DNA of 43,440 nt, from positions 1 through 43,440 of the forward strand of contig JAUGWO010000050.1 in the NCBI GenBank assembly GCA_049724395.1, written 5' to 3'. Shown piece by piece: positions 22,124-43,440 of this stretch (position 1 is the first letter of the stretch; every line of letters begins with the position of its first letter). The notes beneath the pieces were generated by a model. The model was not told where the DNA came from and searched no databases. It saw only the letters and a list, made by a program, of their open reading frames with translations. The position numbers and the translations under genes were made by a program. This stretch comes from Spongospora subterranea f. sp. subterranea (taxonomy: Eukaryota).

Positions 22124-22166
22124 TCCGTCTGATAAGAAATCTTGAAACAAGGGTTGAACCCTCGTT
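22124..22166 (+). ncRNA. Degenerate minimal hammerhead ribozyme-like motif
   Basis: CTGATAAG-aaatctt-GAAAC-aAGGG-ttgaa-CCCT-cGTT. G8 is replaced by A, stem III has one mismatch, and the stem I 3' strand is missing. Confidence 0.4.
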
Positions 22167-22751
22167 TGACCACGACATGTAATCGTATAATGCGCCAGCG
22201 GATTCTTTGATCGAACTTTTGCGTTTGGAGTGATTGCTCTTCGATTGCCCTGCTTCAAACAAGTTGGCACTTGCAGCCGATGTCGGACTGCACTGATATG
22301 ATCACTGAGCTGCGTCCTTCAGATGTTAGTTGTCAGTTGTCACCACAGGAGATCGATGCCGGGGTGTTCACCGGGCTAGCATACGAGGAGATCAATCGTA
22401 TGCATTTACCAGAGTGTCTAAACGGCATCCAGAGGCGCGGCAGGCGCGGGGATCATGTTTGGAGCCGCACCTTTGACTGGAGGCCACACACCGAAGTTGT
22501 ACATCCTCATAAACTTTCAATTCTGAGAAGATTTCTGCGATCGCTTGCGTTTTCAAGAACGACCGGATGTATCGAAATTCCATCGGTGAAACTATCACTC
22601 TTTCTGGAAATTCAATCTCGATGGTGGAAATCTGGCGGCTGAGACCTTGAAAATAATGCTCCCCCAGAGTGTCTGCTTCGGGATTTAACAGCGTCGATGC
22701 ATCTCCACGCCTTTGCTCAAATGTGAAGATGGCAGCAGAAAAGGATAAGTC

Positions 22752-23031
22752 CCCAGACTCCTGTTTCATTAGAAAAAAAATGAATGATCAATCCTTTACA
22801 TGAAACGCAAATGACACCAGATATTACCAGACGTGATTTTTCATCTTGCGACAAAGCCAGCTGGCCTCAGCCTGAACTAAGTTGAGCTCGAACAGGATAC
22901 TCTTGTGCCCGACAACGTCTGGAAAATCATGTTGTTTTGTGTTTGCAGAGATCTGGAAATATTTGGTGTCAAATGCGTTTCATGTAAAGGATTTATCATT
23001 CATTTTTTTTCAAATGACACAGGAGTCTAGG
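22752..23031. mobile_element. MITE-like element with ~80-bp imperfect terminal inverted repeats
   Basis: cccagactcctgtttcattagaaaaaaaatgaatgatcaatcctttacatgaaacgcaaatgacacca pairs with tggtgtcaaatgcgtttcatgtaaaggatttatcattcattttttttcaaatgacacaggagtctagg. Confidence 0.8.
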
Positions 23032-23035
23032 CATC

Positions 23036-23467
23036 AGCGCCTGGGCGGAAGATGCCAGTGACGACGTCTGGGAAGACTTGGTTCATAGAAAGCCCGCTAT
23101 CAAACAGTTCCGGGGCGCGCCTTGGGAGTATTACGAGGCCATGGATAACATTGTCCAAGGTATAGCCTCAGAGGAACTTGCTTAATCCGTTTTCTTATCT
23201 TTCCAAGGTATTGATGCCACAGGAGAGCCTGCTCAATCCCCGTTTGACATATCAGATGACCGGGATGAACGTCGACCAACGGCCTCGACTCCTGTCCCAG
23301 TAGTTTCTCGGTCGAGCTCCCGGGCCGGCACACCCAGCAAAGACTTGAAAAGGCGTAACCGAGCTCGCGCAGGCAAAATCAAGCAATGGATATCAAATTA
23401 CGGAAACGTCATCTGCAAGAAATTCGAAACGCCAATAAATGCCAGCAGAAAATGCAAGAACCCATGA
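23036..23467 (+). pseudogene. 5'-truncated Myb/SANT-like (PIF/Harbinger accessory-type) gene fragment
   Basis: ASDDVWEDLVHRKPAIKQFRGAPWEYYEAMDNIVQ, a 48-nt GT-AG intron at 23160-23207, then GIDATGE and a S/P-rich linker; resembles the end of the Myb_DNA-bind_3-type domain. Confidence 0.6.
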
Positions 23468-23889
23468 ATCTTCTGGCCAACGCAATTGCCTTCCAGGTTG
23501 GTCTGTACCCAACCTGGAACGCAATTCCATTGGGAAAGAAAGGAGAGCAAAGTCTGCATTAAGGACAGCGAAGTTATGCGGTTTGAAGCAAAGCGGACAC
23601 GAACTGCAATCGAAATTAATCAACAAAACTGAAAACATCTTCAAGCAAGGACCTTGCATCTGACACAACCATGACAGAAGTCTTCACTGATCAGTAACTA
23701 TGTTGACGACCAATTCAAATATCGGTGAAGACGCCACAGTGACAACCGTCTTGTCAACATTGAGATTACTTGATAAGATCCCAATGATCTGTATTCGATT
23801 TATTTTCTCACAAATTGGCACTGAGACCACTCGACTTCACTCAATCGGTACAATGTAATATCAAGTGTACATGGAAAATTGCGTAACAT

Positions 23890-23973
23890 CCCTCCTTAGC
23901 TCAGTTGGAAGAGCGGGGCACTGTAGAATTCACTGTTATGCTCAGGTCACCCGTTCGACCCGGGTAGGGGGGA
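23890..23973 (+). tRNA. tRNA-Tyr(GTA) with 11-nt intron
   Basis: Acceptor CCCTCCT/AGGGGGG; D arm GCTC/GAGC; anticodon stem GGGCA/TGCTC; GTA at 23923-23925; intron 23927-23937 after position 37; T arm ACCCG-TTCGACC-CGGGT. Confidence 0.95.
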
Positions 23974-23981
23974 TTTTTTTT
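23974..23981 (+). terminator. RNA polymerase III oligo-T terminator
   Basis: T8 run immediately after the tRNA discriminator base. Confidence 0.8.
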
Positions 23982-24710
23982 ATGAACTCAAAAGAAAACA
24001 TTTTGCTTCCGGTATCGCTCCTTCTTGCTCGTACTTCTTTGTTCTTTGCCTCCGTCTCCTAGGGCAATCAACGCCTTTCAGCAGTGGGATCAATTACGTG
24101 TTCGATCGTAAATTCATTTTATTGGACATGTGGTTTTAGGATGCGACACTATTTCCGAAAAAAAAAACCGTCACAAACTGAAATCGAAATTTTGCCGTTC
24201 ATACTGTAGTCTGCGACTCGCCAATGCAGCAGAGTCATGAATGAACATTTGAAATTGGCAAGAGACCCGGCCAGTGTTTGCCCAAAAACTTAAACCGCTG
24301 CAGACGAATTGTCCCATAACTTAATTGCGTGTTGCCCTCCCATGATGATGATCGTCATGAAAAGTTGTGAAGTTACATGACTCCATGATGATTTTTGAAC
24401 CAGAAGCGATCGGACCCCAGAACACAGAAAAAAAAACAGATACATATTGTTGTGCTATTAAAACAGTGGGACACCAACAGTAGAGGAGTTGATTTCTTGG
24501 AGTTTAGGTGAAAATCGCGTAATTCGTCGGCAACGATGCGCTATCGTTGGAAGGAGATTCCCTCAGTTCCGATACTCCGTTGCCCTTCCTGGAACAACGC
24601 TCTTGCACCTGTCGTAAATGATATATACACTCGAAATGGTTTGATAATCGCTCCGCCACGGACTTGGTTTACCGTCATTATTTGATTGCTGGTGCGTGAT
24701 CGACGGCGAG

Positions 24711-34645
<9,935 letters not shown>

Positions 34646-37600
34646 ATGTGGCGTGACTGTGCTATGAAAATTGCCTTTTGTAATCCCGATATATCATATT
34701 AAAACCCTTTTTCCTACAGTGTTCGTATTGAAACCAATAACGCTCGCTTTGTTTTTCATTTCGCTGATAAATTGAACATTGAATCTTCAAAGTTGAAGTA
34801 GATGACGCCGCTTTTATGGACTACGCTCAGCTAATCGCAGTGCCACTTTTCAGTGGAAGAACAGCAGAATTGAATGTTCTCGTAGGAAGTGCCATTATGA
34901 TCTGCCGAAACGGGATCATTCATTTCTGCCCTAACACGATTGTAAACTCTTTTCACTGATCTCGAATTTGACACCAGATACAGCGGCGATGGAGAGTGCA
35001 TATTCGTCGTTTGCATCTGTCCTGGCTTCGAAAAACAACACCACCTTTCGCTGATAATGGCGGTCAACGGTCACCTGCTCCGACCTGTTTCAGCTTCGAA
35101 CTCTTCCGACTTCGCTTGTGCACATTTGCCAATCCCTCGTTGGGGCAACAGTAGTAGTTCATCTCCATTCACCACAATCGCCATCTCTTTCATAGTCGGC
35201 TACGAATGGCATTGACGGCACTGTCCTTGCATGGGACTCGGTCCGCATTGATCGTTTGCGTCTCGGAAGTCAGACGTCTTTTGTCTTGATGTCCTGCAAA
35301 AAAAAGTTGTTTTTTCTTATATTCGCAGACCCAGAATGAGGGCAATACCAATCAGCAAATGAAATGTTGGTCTGTTCGTGAACTTCTGGCGATGTCGATA
35401 AAATTGTCCAACGTCGAAGTTCTCAAATGTCCATTGGCCCTTAGGGTCCTACACAAGTCAGTTCACGTCGGAGTGTAATTTGCCATTCGTTGAGGTTGGC
35501 CTGTTTCTAACAGCTCCTCAACAAGGTGTTGATGGCGATGAGGAATTGGCAGGATTGGAACTCAATTCGATAGAGGTAAATGATGCGAATATACTTGTCC
35601 AATACAGGGCTCGTTTTCCTCTGGGGGATCCTTTTCTGTGAAACCCGTTATCAATCTTTCATCAGAGCTGTGGCATTTGAACCAATACCGTCTATAGTCG
35701 TGTCAAGGTCATCATTCTATCGGGGTCCAAAAACCCTTGGCCTTCGACTGACAGAACAATGTGGCATCAGATGGGCTCCCGACTATCTGCAATAAGGCTG
35801 CCAAGCTTTCAAAATTTGGTATCGGGCGTACAATTTGTGCTCAATGTAGCAACATTCGTCTGCTCATGCAGAATTGCATTTACAGTGATCTTGCGACTCT
35901 GAGCACCAAAATTAAACATCCGATCAGGTCTTCATTCATGAGATCGAATTTCAAATAATTGCCAGCCTGCTTTCCGATAGTGGGGCTCCTAGCTGGTGAT
36001 GATTTTGAACGCTCCGAACCCGTCAAACCCCCGTCACGAGTGATTCGACGACTTCATTATCACCGAGATCATCTACCAGATTGAGCGCGGCTCGAAAATT
36101 TGCTGGAAGATCTCCGATGGGAGTCTAATATTGGCAGTTTCTTTGAAATGTATAGCGCAGCTCGAACTTGAACTGATGATCACGTACAGCTTTGAATTTA
36201 GCAAAACCTTCTTTCTATTGTGTAGATGAACGTTGGACAGAATTGAACCCAATATCAACCTTTACACACATTGCAGTGGTTAATTTTGGCGAAGGTTTAT
36301 TTTATATTTTTTCGATTTTTTTTCGAATGCGATCCGGTATATGACTTTCTTCGTCCTCGCTATCTGTTGGAATGTTGCCAGACTGCGGCTTTTGACTGTT
36401 TAGAACCATCAACGGGTGTACGCTGTTGATGCGGTTGGGAAAAAGGTTTGTTTCCCATATCCTCGTGCAACAGGAAAAACGATGGGGATCGTTGGCAGGT
36501 GTGTACACCAAGGTCAGGAAAGCGTCGCCGTTTTTGCGGCATTGAGATGTTCGCGATATGGAATTGAGAGAGATGAAAATTGTCGAAACGAGGGAATTAT
36601 ACCATCACCCGTTGTTCGATTGAAGGATTGCCGTGTCCATGATGATGGACGTCGAAATTGATCCTTCCATGTTTGACGCAGATACCCCAGAGTTTCAGTA
36701 ATTTTCGTCATTCGTTACGGCATGGATGGGCATCTTGATCGATGTTTCGAAAAGCCATTGAGACAGCCGTGCTCCAGTCAGCTTTTCAGGGAAATGGGCA
36801 TGTCTATCCTCGTTGCGTGTCAATGATTCGACGCTCGATGAACAGACGGTACCTGTTGAACCCACGAAAAAAGAAAAATTATCGCGTTGAAAAAGCAATC
36901 TTTTCAGCGCAGATGCAATCACTGGAAAGAACCATGTGATTTTCCTGCTGAAGCATCGGTTGAGAAGTAGTAGAGGGTTGATGGAGCGGTGGTGGTTCCT
37001 CATTATTGACGTTGGATTTGGCGGTTTGGTCCCTTGACGAAATATCGTTCGATCCGTCGTTCAAGAAATGAAAATAGTAAAATGAGAACGGTAGAAGAAA
37101 CTACACATCTGAGGTGATGACGAGGAAAGACGCACGTAAAAGTGACGTGCAAGTGCTTGAGAACAAAAAGTTTTATTTTTGCAAAGCTCCCAGAAAATAA
37201 CAAACCATAAAGCTCGAGGAAGGAACGCAAAAATCTGTAGAACATTCGTCAGGCTCCAGATTCGCTATTGTATTCTGACGATTTGAGACAGTTCACCATT
37301 CACTTGTATTTCGGTTTGGCGAATCTGAGACATTAGGGAGAGGTATAAGTTGAGCGAAAAAACCTGCAGATCAAGCGAATATACTCGAAACATTTGGGAA
37401 TGATGGGACGGCCTACAGACATTTTGCAAAAATCTGTTGAAGCAAAGGCCCAAGAACAGGTTTGTCTTGGTCTCTCCGAAGGCAGTAGGAATGTCGACCG
37501 GAACGTCTGAACAACCTAACAGTCGTACGAGCATTATAATAACACTTGCTACATGACCACCTTTTCGAATGTCTGTTCACAGCATCGAATGTTGCTCTCT

Positions 37601-38445
37601 CTCATAGTTCGCGCGCTGGAATGTGTATTGACAAATGACCAAGTAATACGTTTGCTGCCAAATATTCATAGGTTTTCTTGATTAACAGTTTACGACAGGT
37701 CTCATAAATTTGAAGACCATCGTATAGAGCCAACAGGAAGATGACGAATATTAGGATGCTGTTTTGCGATATTACCCGATCCAGCGAGTTGTACGTCTTA
37801 AGTCGTGCACAAGTCAGAATCTTACGATATGCACGAGAATAAATCCATCTTCACCATTCGATGCCTTACTTGTTTCCTAAGAGTCCTTGCAACGCGATGG
37901 CGCATCCTGTTGCGCTCCCTGATGAGGGTCTGTGCAATAAGCCTCAACAGGTGATTTTCTTTCGCTTCGATCCAATTGCTTTCCCAGCTTTTTGGTTTTC
38001 AGCTCAAAATATGCGTTACCGACACGAAAAGTGTTGGGCGCCCAAGGTAAAAACCCCAAAAGTCTGAGGCCGTCCAAGTCAGAAGGCTCATCAAGAGGCC
38101 CGAATACAGGTGTCGCCCATTCATCGGAAGTTTTTTTCTGTCACGTTTTCAGCCACGACATTCGTTGTTCTTATTTGACGATACGAGAAATGTTGGAAGG
38201 CTGTCTAATAAGATTACAGTGTAGCTGAAACCTATAGTGCCATCACTGGTTGGTGGCATCATGATTCGCTCATGGAGTTTCACAGCAAATTCGGCATAAC
38301 CTATTATCATGTCCATGAAATACGGTTGACAGAGTGTTACAGACCTCGATTGTTTTCACGCGACGTTCAGCAAAGATAATACTCCTCTTCATGTGAATAT
38401 CCAGACTGGTTGGCCAAAGCGAATAAATTATGGGCGGCTATAATT

Positions 38446-38640
38446 CACTGGCCGCACTAACTGGCCGCAGTTTCTTGGCCAGTTAGTGTGGCCAGTGTTT
38501 TCTGTAGGCCGCTGGTAGGGTGTGAATTAACCGGCCGCATTCACTGGCCTGATTGATCAAAACAGGCCAGCGATTGCGGCCAGTTAATTCACATTCTAAC
38601 TAGGGTGTGACAGAATTCACTGGCCGCACTAGCTGGCCAA
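38446..38640. repeat. Cluster of palindromes built from cactggccgca motifs; probable transposon end and mini-MITE
   Basis: Hairpin 38446-38497; TA-flanked palindrome 38516-38598 (TAgggtgtgaattaa...ttaattcacattcTA); a further TAgggtgtga...aattcactggccgcactagctggcc at 38601-38638. Confidence 0.75.
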
Positions 38641-38945
38641 AACCTGCAAAATTGTTTAGAAACTGGCCCAAAATTTGAAATTTCAAAGTCATAGTGTGTC
38701 TTTCTACAGAGCTGATTCAGTTTCTCACATAATGCAGCGACGAACACCGTTAATTCACACAACAGGCCGGCCACATCTCAATGCTGCTGCTATGTGGAAG
38801 GCAGCTTCGAAAGCTGTCGTCTTTCCCATTACGTTTTCTAATTACAAAGGGAAAACTATCACAACTTCTTCATTTTTTTCTTGAAATTGTTCAAGCGGGG
38901 CACATGCTATCAAGCGGCTGTCAGAAATGCATTCTTCTCATTGTA

Positions 38946-39710
38946 TTAAATCTTAACATAGAACACATAATAAGAGAGACCACGACTTTCGAATTTGCCT
39001 TCCACATAACAGGCTCTGCCGTCGTTCTCCAGGTCGTTGTAATAATACCGACCAGGAATTTTGACCGTTTCTTGAAGCAAGATGTGTGCATAAAAATGTG
39101 AACATGTGTCCAATTTGGATGAGATGCGAGCAAAAAGACGCCAGTGGAACCCGTTGGCAGTAACTGGTTCATTACACATCAAGCTGTCAGATGCACACTC
39201 TACTGGCAGCTCGATCAACATGATATTCTCTGGCATTGATACAATCTCGCGAACATCTTTCGTAAGAACCTGGGAACCAAATGAATACACAACAACGGAA
39301 CATGCTTTCAGCCTCTACCATATCATAGGCTGGGTCTGAGCAAAGTCGGTCGGTCATTTCCAATCGCTGTTGGAACAGCGGATAAGGCCCGCACAAACTT
39401 TGTAATGCAGAGTTATGGCAACATTGTTGGTTTTGGGATGAAGTAATTTCTTAGATTTTGTGCAGCGAAACTGCCAATGGCATCGCTGCATCAAATTCGC
39501 TTTTTCCGACATCCGTTCGAACCTGTAACTGCATTCACCGCTGATAGCCAGTGGAACGCCATCTTTGTCCAGCTGGTGTTCACTACACTGGTTACAACAT
39601 TTAGTGTGGTAGAGCCAATAGTGTGGGTTGGTAAATAGTGTGGCCCACACTAATTGCGGTGCAGTGTCTCGAAAACAGAGTTCGTAATAATTACTGCGGA
39701 GCCCCACCAA
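38946..39710 (-). pseudogene. Ubiquitin-specific protease (USP/C19)-like remnant
   Basis: PENIMLIEL...HWRLFARI....CSHFYAHI....YYYNDL...SYYVFYVK resembles the USP His-box and C-terminal YxxFY. Cys-rich frameshifted pieces lie upstream; no clear Cys-box. Confidence 0.5.
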
Positions 39711-42121
39711 TCAATGAGTTGACTGGAGACATACTGATAAATATCTTCTTTCGCTCCCGAATTCACGTTCTATACACCTGGTCGGTTTTCCAACTACAAA
39801 CGTTCGAAAATTATGGTGATTCCTTCTGCATCCCCGATAATTGAAGCCTTTCGCCGTCATGCGGCGTCTTCTAATCTGACCGTTGCACTTGCTTCTGGAA
39901 ATACAGACCTTGCACCTATTCCAGAAGAACAAATCGCCCTACTTCCTGAACCGCCTTTGCTTTCCTCATCGAAGACGCGACGCCTACAGCATGTAGCAAC
40001 GATAGGCCAAAGGCTAATGGTGATGAAATGGATGAAAGAAGAAGTTGAGCGATTTGGGGATGTTCATATTCCCTCAAAAGCAGTTAAAACATTCCCCGAA
40101 TGTTTCCGCGGTGCAGAGAAAGCCAATCTTCAGAAAGCCTCACGATGGTTCAAGGAACAGCAGGTTTCAAATGCAGAACAAGTGATTGAACGTAAATCTA
40201 TATCCTGCAACCAAACTGGCGGCTCTCGGAAAAGAATAATGACGAAAGCTTTGGCAGGAAGAGGCCCAAAACGAAGCTTGTGGGTGGAATGGTTACATTT
40301 ACGTCTTCTTGAGGAGTTTCGTCGGTTGTCTAAAGCGCACGTCAAGTTCAGCCCGAAAGTGTTATTGTCGCTTGCTAAGGATATACTGCAGAATGCTGGT
40401 GATGCTGATGAGTTCAGTTCTGCAAGTATTGAAAACGGGATTTTAATCACAGAGAAACTGACAAGCAGATGGATATTGACTTTTCAGGAGCGGTTTGATA
40501 TTGTTTTACGACACCAGACTGGAAAATTAGCCGTCAGTCCTGCGCATCACGAGCATATGGAGAAACTTGTTGCTTTTCACCTTGGTGAAGTTGGACGTCG
40601 TTTCCGTTCCGGAGACTTGGATGAAAACCTAGTCGAGAACGTTGATGAAACGCATTTCGTCATAAATATGGATAACGGTCGGACTCTCGGATTCAAGGGT
40701 GATATGACGATGTAAAGTACGCTGATGTCTCTTCCGGTGGTGAAGGTATGACGATGATCGTTCGCGTAACTGGGGGATCAAATGCTGCGATCCAGCCCCC
40801 CATGATGATTTTTATGAATAAGTCCCGTTCTTATCCCATCCGAGGTGTGCCAGACGATGTCGCTGGCGTCTGTTATCGGACAGGACCAAAAGGATGGAAT
40901 GATAGCAAAGTTTTTCCATTATGGTGTAGAGAACCTCGAGCGATACGCAAGGACCCACATGGCGGCCAGCGGGAGATCTTCATGGATAATTGCGGGTGCC
41001 ATAATGTAACTGACGATCTTACGTCTGCACTGAACGACCTGAATGCTGTTATTCGGAAACTTCCAGCCAACGCAACACATCTTTGCCAGCCTTGCGATTC
41101 GTTCGTAATTTCCAAGATTAAGCAAGAGTGGTCCAATGCGTGGGAGTCCTACAAAATTGACATGATCAAACGTCAGTTGTGGGCTGAAGGAAGCGGAAAA
41201 CTCCAGAATCCTGGTAAAAGATTTTTTCTGAAGTTGGCCGCAGAATCGGTCCGGAAGGTGAACCACATGCGTGATCGTCAAGGCTTGACATATGCACGCA
41301 AGGCCATGATTCGCTGTGGCTTATCATTGAACATCAATGGCCTATGGGAAGAATCGCAGTTATTCCCTGTTCTACAGGAAATTATTAAGAAGTATCCAGA
41401 ACATTACGAGGGTTGTCCCGTTGGACCTCGGCGACAGGTTGCGATAACCGAGAACCCTTCTTTCTAAAAAAGCGCCCTTACCTGGTGTGCATATATCAAG
41501 CCTTTTTAATGTTCAATCACTTGTTCTGCATTTGAAACCTGCTGTTCCTTGAACCATCGTGAGGCTTTCTGAAGATTGGCTTTCTCTGCACCGCGGAAAC
41601 ATTCGGGGAATGTTTTAACTGCTTTTGAGGGAATATGAACATCCCCAAATCGCTCAACTTCTTCTTTCATCCATTTCATCACCATTAGCCTTTGGCCTAT
41701 CGTTGCTACATGCTGTAGGCGTCGCGTCTTCGATGAGGAAAGCAAAGGCGGTTCAGGAAGTAGGGCGATTTGTTCTTCTGGAATAGGTGCAAGGTCTGTA
41801 TTTCCAGAAGCAAGTGCAACGGTCAGATTAGAAGACGCCGCATGACGGCGAAAGGCTTCAATTATCGGGGATGCAGAAGGAATCACCATAATTTTCGAAC
41901 GTTTGTAGTTGGAAAACCGACCAGGTGTATAGAACGTGAATTCGGGAGCGAAAGAAGATATTTATCAGTATGTCTCCAGTCAACTCATTGATTGGTGGGG
42001 CTCCGCAGTAATTATTACGAACTCTGTTTTCGAGACACTGCACCGCAATTAGTGTGGGCCACACTATTTACCAACCCACACTATTGGCTCTACCACACTA
42101 AATGTTGTAACCAGTGTAGTG
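39581..42121. repeat. 611-bp inverted duplication (39581-40191 / 41511-42121)
   Basis: ORF 41506-41889(-) reproduces the first 126 aa of ORF 39813(+); the upstream ~230 bp is also duplicated. Confidence 0.95.
39813..41467 (+). mobile_element. pogo/Tigger-like DDE_1 transposase (DD36D), one frameshift near 40705
   Basis: HTH-like N-terminus (WILTFQERFDI), NVDETHF, FMDNCGCH, LPANATHLCQPCD; the two ORFs join as ...FKGD/DVKYADVSSGGEGMTM. Confidence 0.9.
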
Positions 42122-42326
42122 TCAGGGCCCCACATATCAGGACCCCACTATAGGTAGTGTCAGGGCCCCACATATCATGACCCACTACAGGTAATATCTG
42201 TACAGTGACACACATTAGACGATCTGAATCCCTGAATACAAGTTACCACAAGGGAATCAGATCGTATTATTAGTCGCTAATACACACAGCCTTGGGCTCT
42301 TTCCTACACTCGTCGTTGTCCTAACA
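42116..42326 (+). repeat. LTR-like fragment with internal 38-bp tandem repeat
   Basis: gtagtgtcagggccccacatatca at 42116 and 42154; ends in ...tcctaaca like the LTR at 2293; no TSD. Confidence 0.45.
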
Positions 42327-42481
42327 GTTTGGCGATCGCCATCGGGTCGGGTGCTGTGGACTCGCTTCATTATCGCTCAATGATCATTGGTTGATATACA
42401 TCAGTCAGACAATATCATATTGTTGGCGATATCCTGTATCTGCCAGATTCCGATAACATTGGTGAATGGTGATAAACTCAA

Positions 42482-42895
42482 TCATAGACTGTGTTCGAGA
42501 TAACACTTTACACAATCTGTCACACCATCGACTGAACCGTCAATATGATTTCTATATTCAATCCCTGTCGACGATTTCAACAACTTGTCTCGGTGCTTAT
42601 CTGCCGTTTCGTATCCGTTCATCGTCTGGAGCACATTTGGAATCAATTGTGTCATTCTGTTATCATTAACAGGCCCATATTGACAGTTTGCCACTAAACA
42701 GAGGTTATCGAGTTCTTCCTTGATGTAGCACGTTGTTGAACAAGTTTTCCGTCTCCTATGAAATAACTTTCTTCCATTCTCGATCAACATTTTCATCTTT
42801 CCCAGAGTTTTCTGTCCTTCCTTTGATCAACTCTTGATCATTTATCGTCCAATGGCCGCCTCCTAAATGTGGCGACTCCTGAACTTGTCGTGGAA
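42482..42895 (-). pseudogene. Unknown family, copy H (duplicate of copy C)
   Basis: Near-identical to 7530-7945. Confidence 0.8.
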
Positions 42896-43084
42896 TTAGA
42901 TCGCCCATACAATCGTTCGGAGGACAGCGGCCGAAACCTGACACAATATCTCCGATAATCCCAGTCGCCTTTGATAATCGGACCTACATCGGTCCGATTT
43001 CGGTCCTTGATGAAGAGACCCTGATGAACAGAAGAATGATCATTTAGATATTGGTTCTGTTTGGATCAATTGAAGTTTAAGAAG

Positions 43085-43440
43085 ATGAGCTATAATAACT
43101 GGGAGACCATTTCCACGACAAGTACAGGGACGTCACGATTAGATTGGCCATCGGACGATAAATATCAGGACTTGATTAACGAAGGGCAAAGCGCCTTGGG
43201 AAAGGTGCAAGTGGACGATGTCTGGTGGAAAGTTTTTTCATCCGAGACAGAGAACGTATTGAACCTCGTATCAAAACGTTCATCACTAAATGACATCAGG
43301 ACGGCATTCGATGACCTTTGTCTAGCGGCAAACGGTCCTTATGGGGCATTAACTGAAAACAGGATGGGAGAGGTGGTTTCCATGGTCCTCAAAGATATGA
43401 CCACTACAGAAGCAAAAGTCGAGCTACGAGATAGGCTGCA
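43085..43440 (+). CDS. Unknown family, copy I (duplicate of copy B; partial at the window edge)
   Basis: ATG at 43085, MSYNNWETISTTSTGTSRLDWPSDDKYQDLINEG..., open to the end of the window. Confidence 0.8.
   Translation, partial: MSYNNWETISTTSTGTSRLDWPSDDKYQDLINEGQSALGKVQVDDVWWKVFSSETENVLNLVSKRSSLNDIRTAFDDLCLAANGPYGALTENRMGEVVSMVLKDMTTTEAKVELRDRL

Larger units (their letters stand above)
20960..22166 (+). mobile_element. Probable Penelope-like retroelement remnant (coiled-coil ORF, inverted duplication, hammerhead-like 3' end)
   Basis: A/C-rich coiled-coil ORF (about 21026-21716); A AAA AAT slippery site at 21655-21661; 355-bp inverted copy; CUGA...GAAA...GUU motif at 22129-22166. No RT present, so the assignment is inferential. 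Confidence 0.5.
18622..22300. repeat. ~140-bp dispersed direct repeat (18622-18762 and 22170-22299)
   Basis: ccacgacatgtaatcgtataa...tgatcRaacttttgc...gctcttcgattgccctg...cggactgcactgatat occurs twice; the minus strand reads FExGQSKS...LYDYMSW in both. Confidence 0.8.
42327..43440. repeat. Right arm of large inverted segmental duplication (runs off the window end)
   Basis: Reverse complement of 6986-8098. Confidence 0.92.

Noticed and set aside
34780..38400. Possible decayed or multi-exon gene(s) downstream of PRP8
   Set aside because: Only short ORFs; I could not build a consistent exon chain or recognise a domain.

Overview
Eukaryotic (protist-like; species not determinable from sequence alone) genomic window. 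The centre holds an intron-containing tRNA-Tyr(GTA) and a 20-exon PRP8 gene (24711-34645, one probable single-base error, no intein). Both sides are a repeat-rich accessory compartment built on an array of at least nine copies (intact and broken) of an unrecognised, intronless ~225-235 aa helical protein family. These copies share a tandem upstream motif and carry an out-of-frame signal-peptide-like leader. Between them lie: a young gag-only Ty3/gypsy element nested in a fold-back element; an endogenous CRESS-DNA-virus Rep remnant; a decayed chromodomain Ty3/gypsy element carrying an intact antisense intron-containing gene; a probable Penelope-like remnant ending in a degenerate hammerhead motif; a Harbinger-type Myb/SANT fragment; several MITE-like hairpins; and a pogo-like transposase next to a USP-like protease remnant. 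Three unrelated mobile elements each carry a near-perfect local inverted self-duplication, which could be hairpin-RNA silencing loci or amplification chimeras. A >1.1 kb inverted segmental duplication brackets about 34 kb including PRP8.
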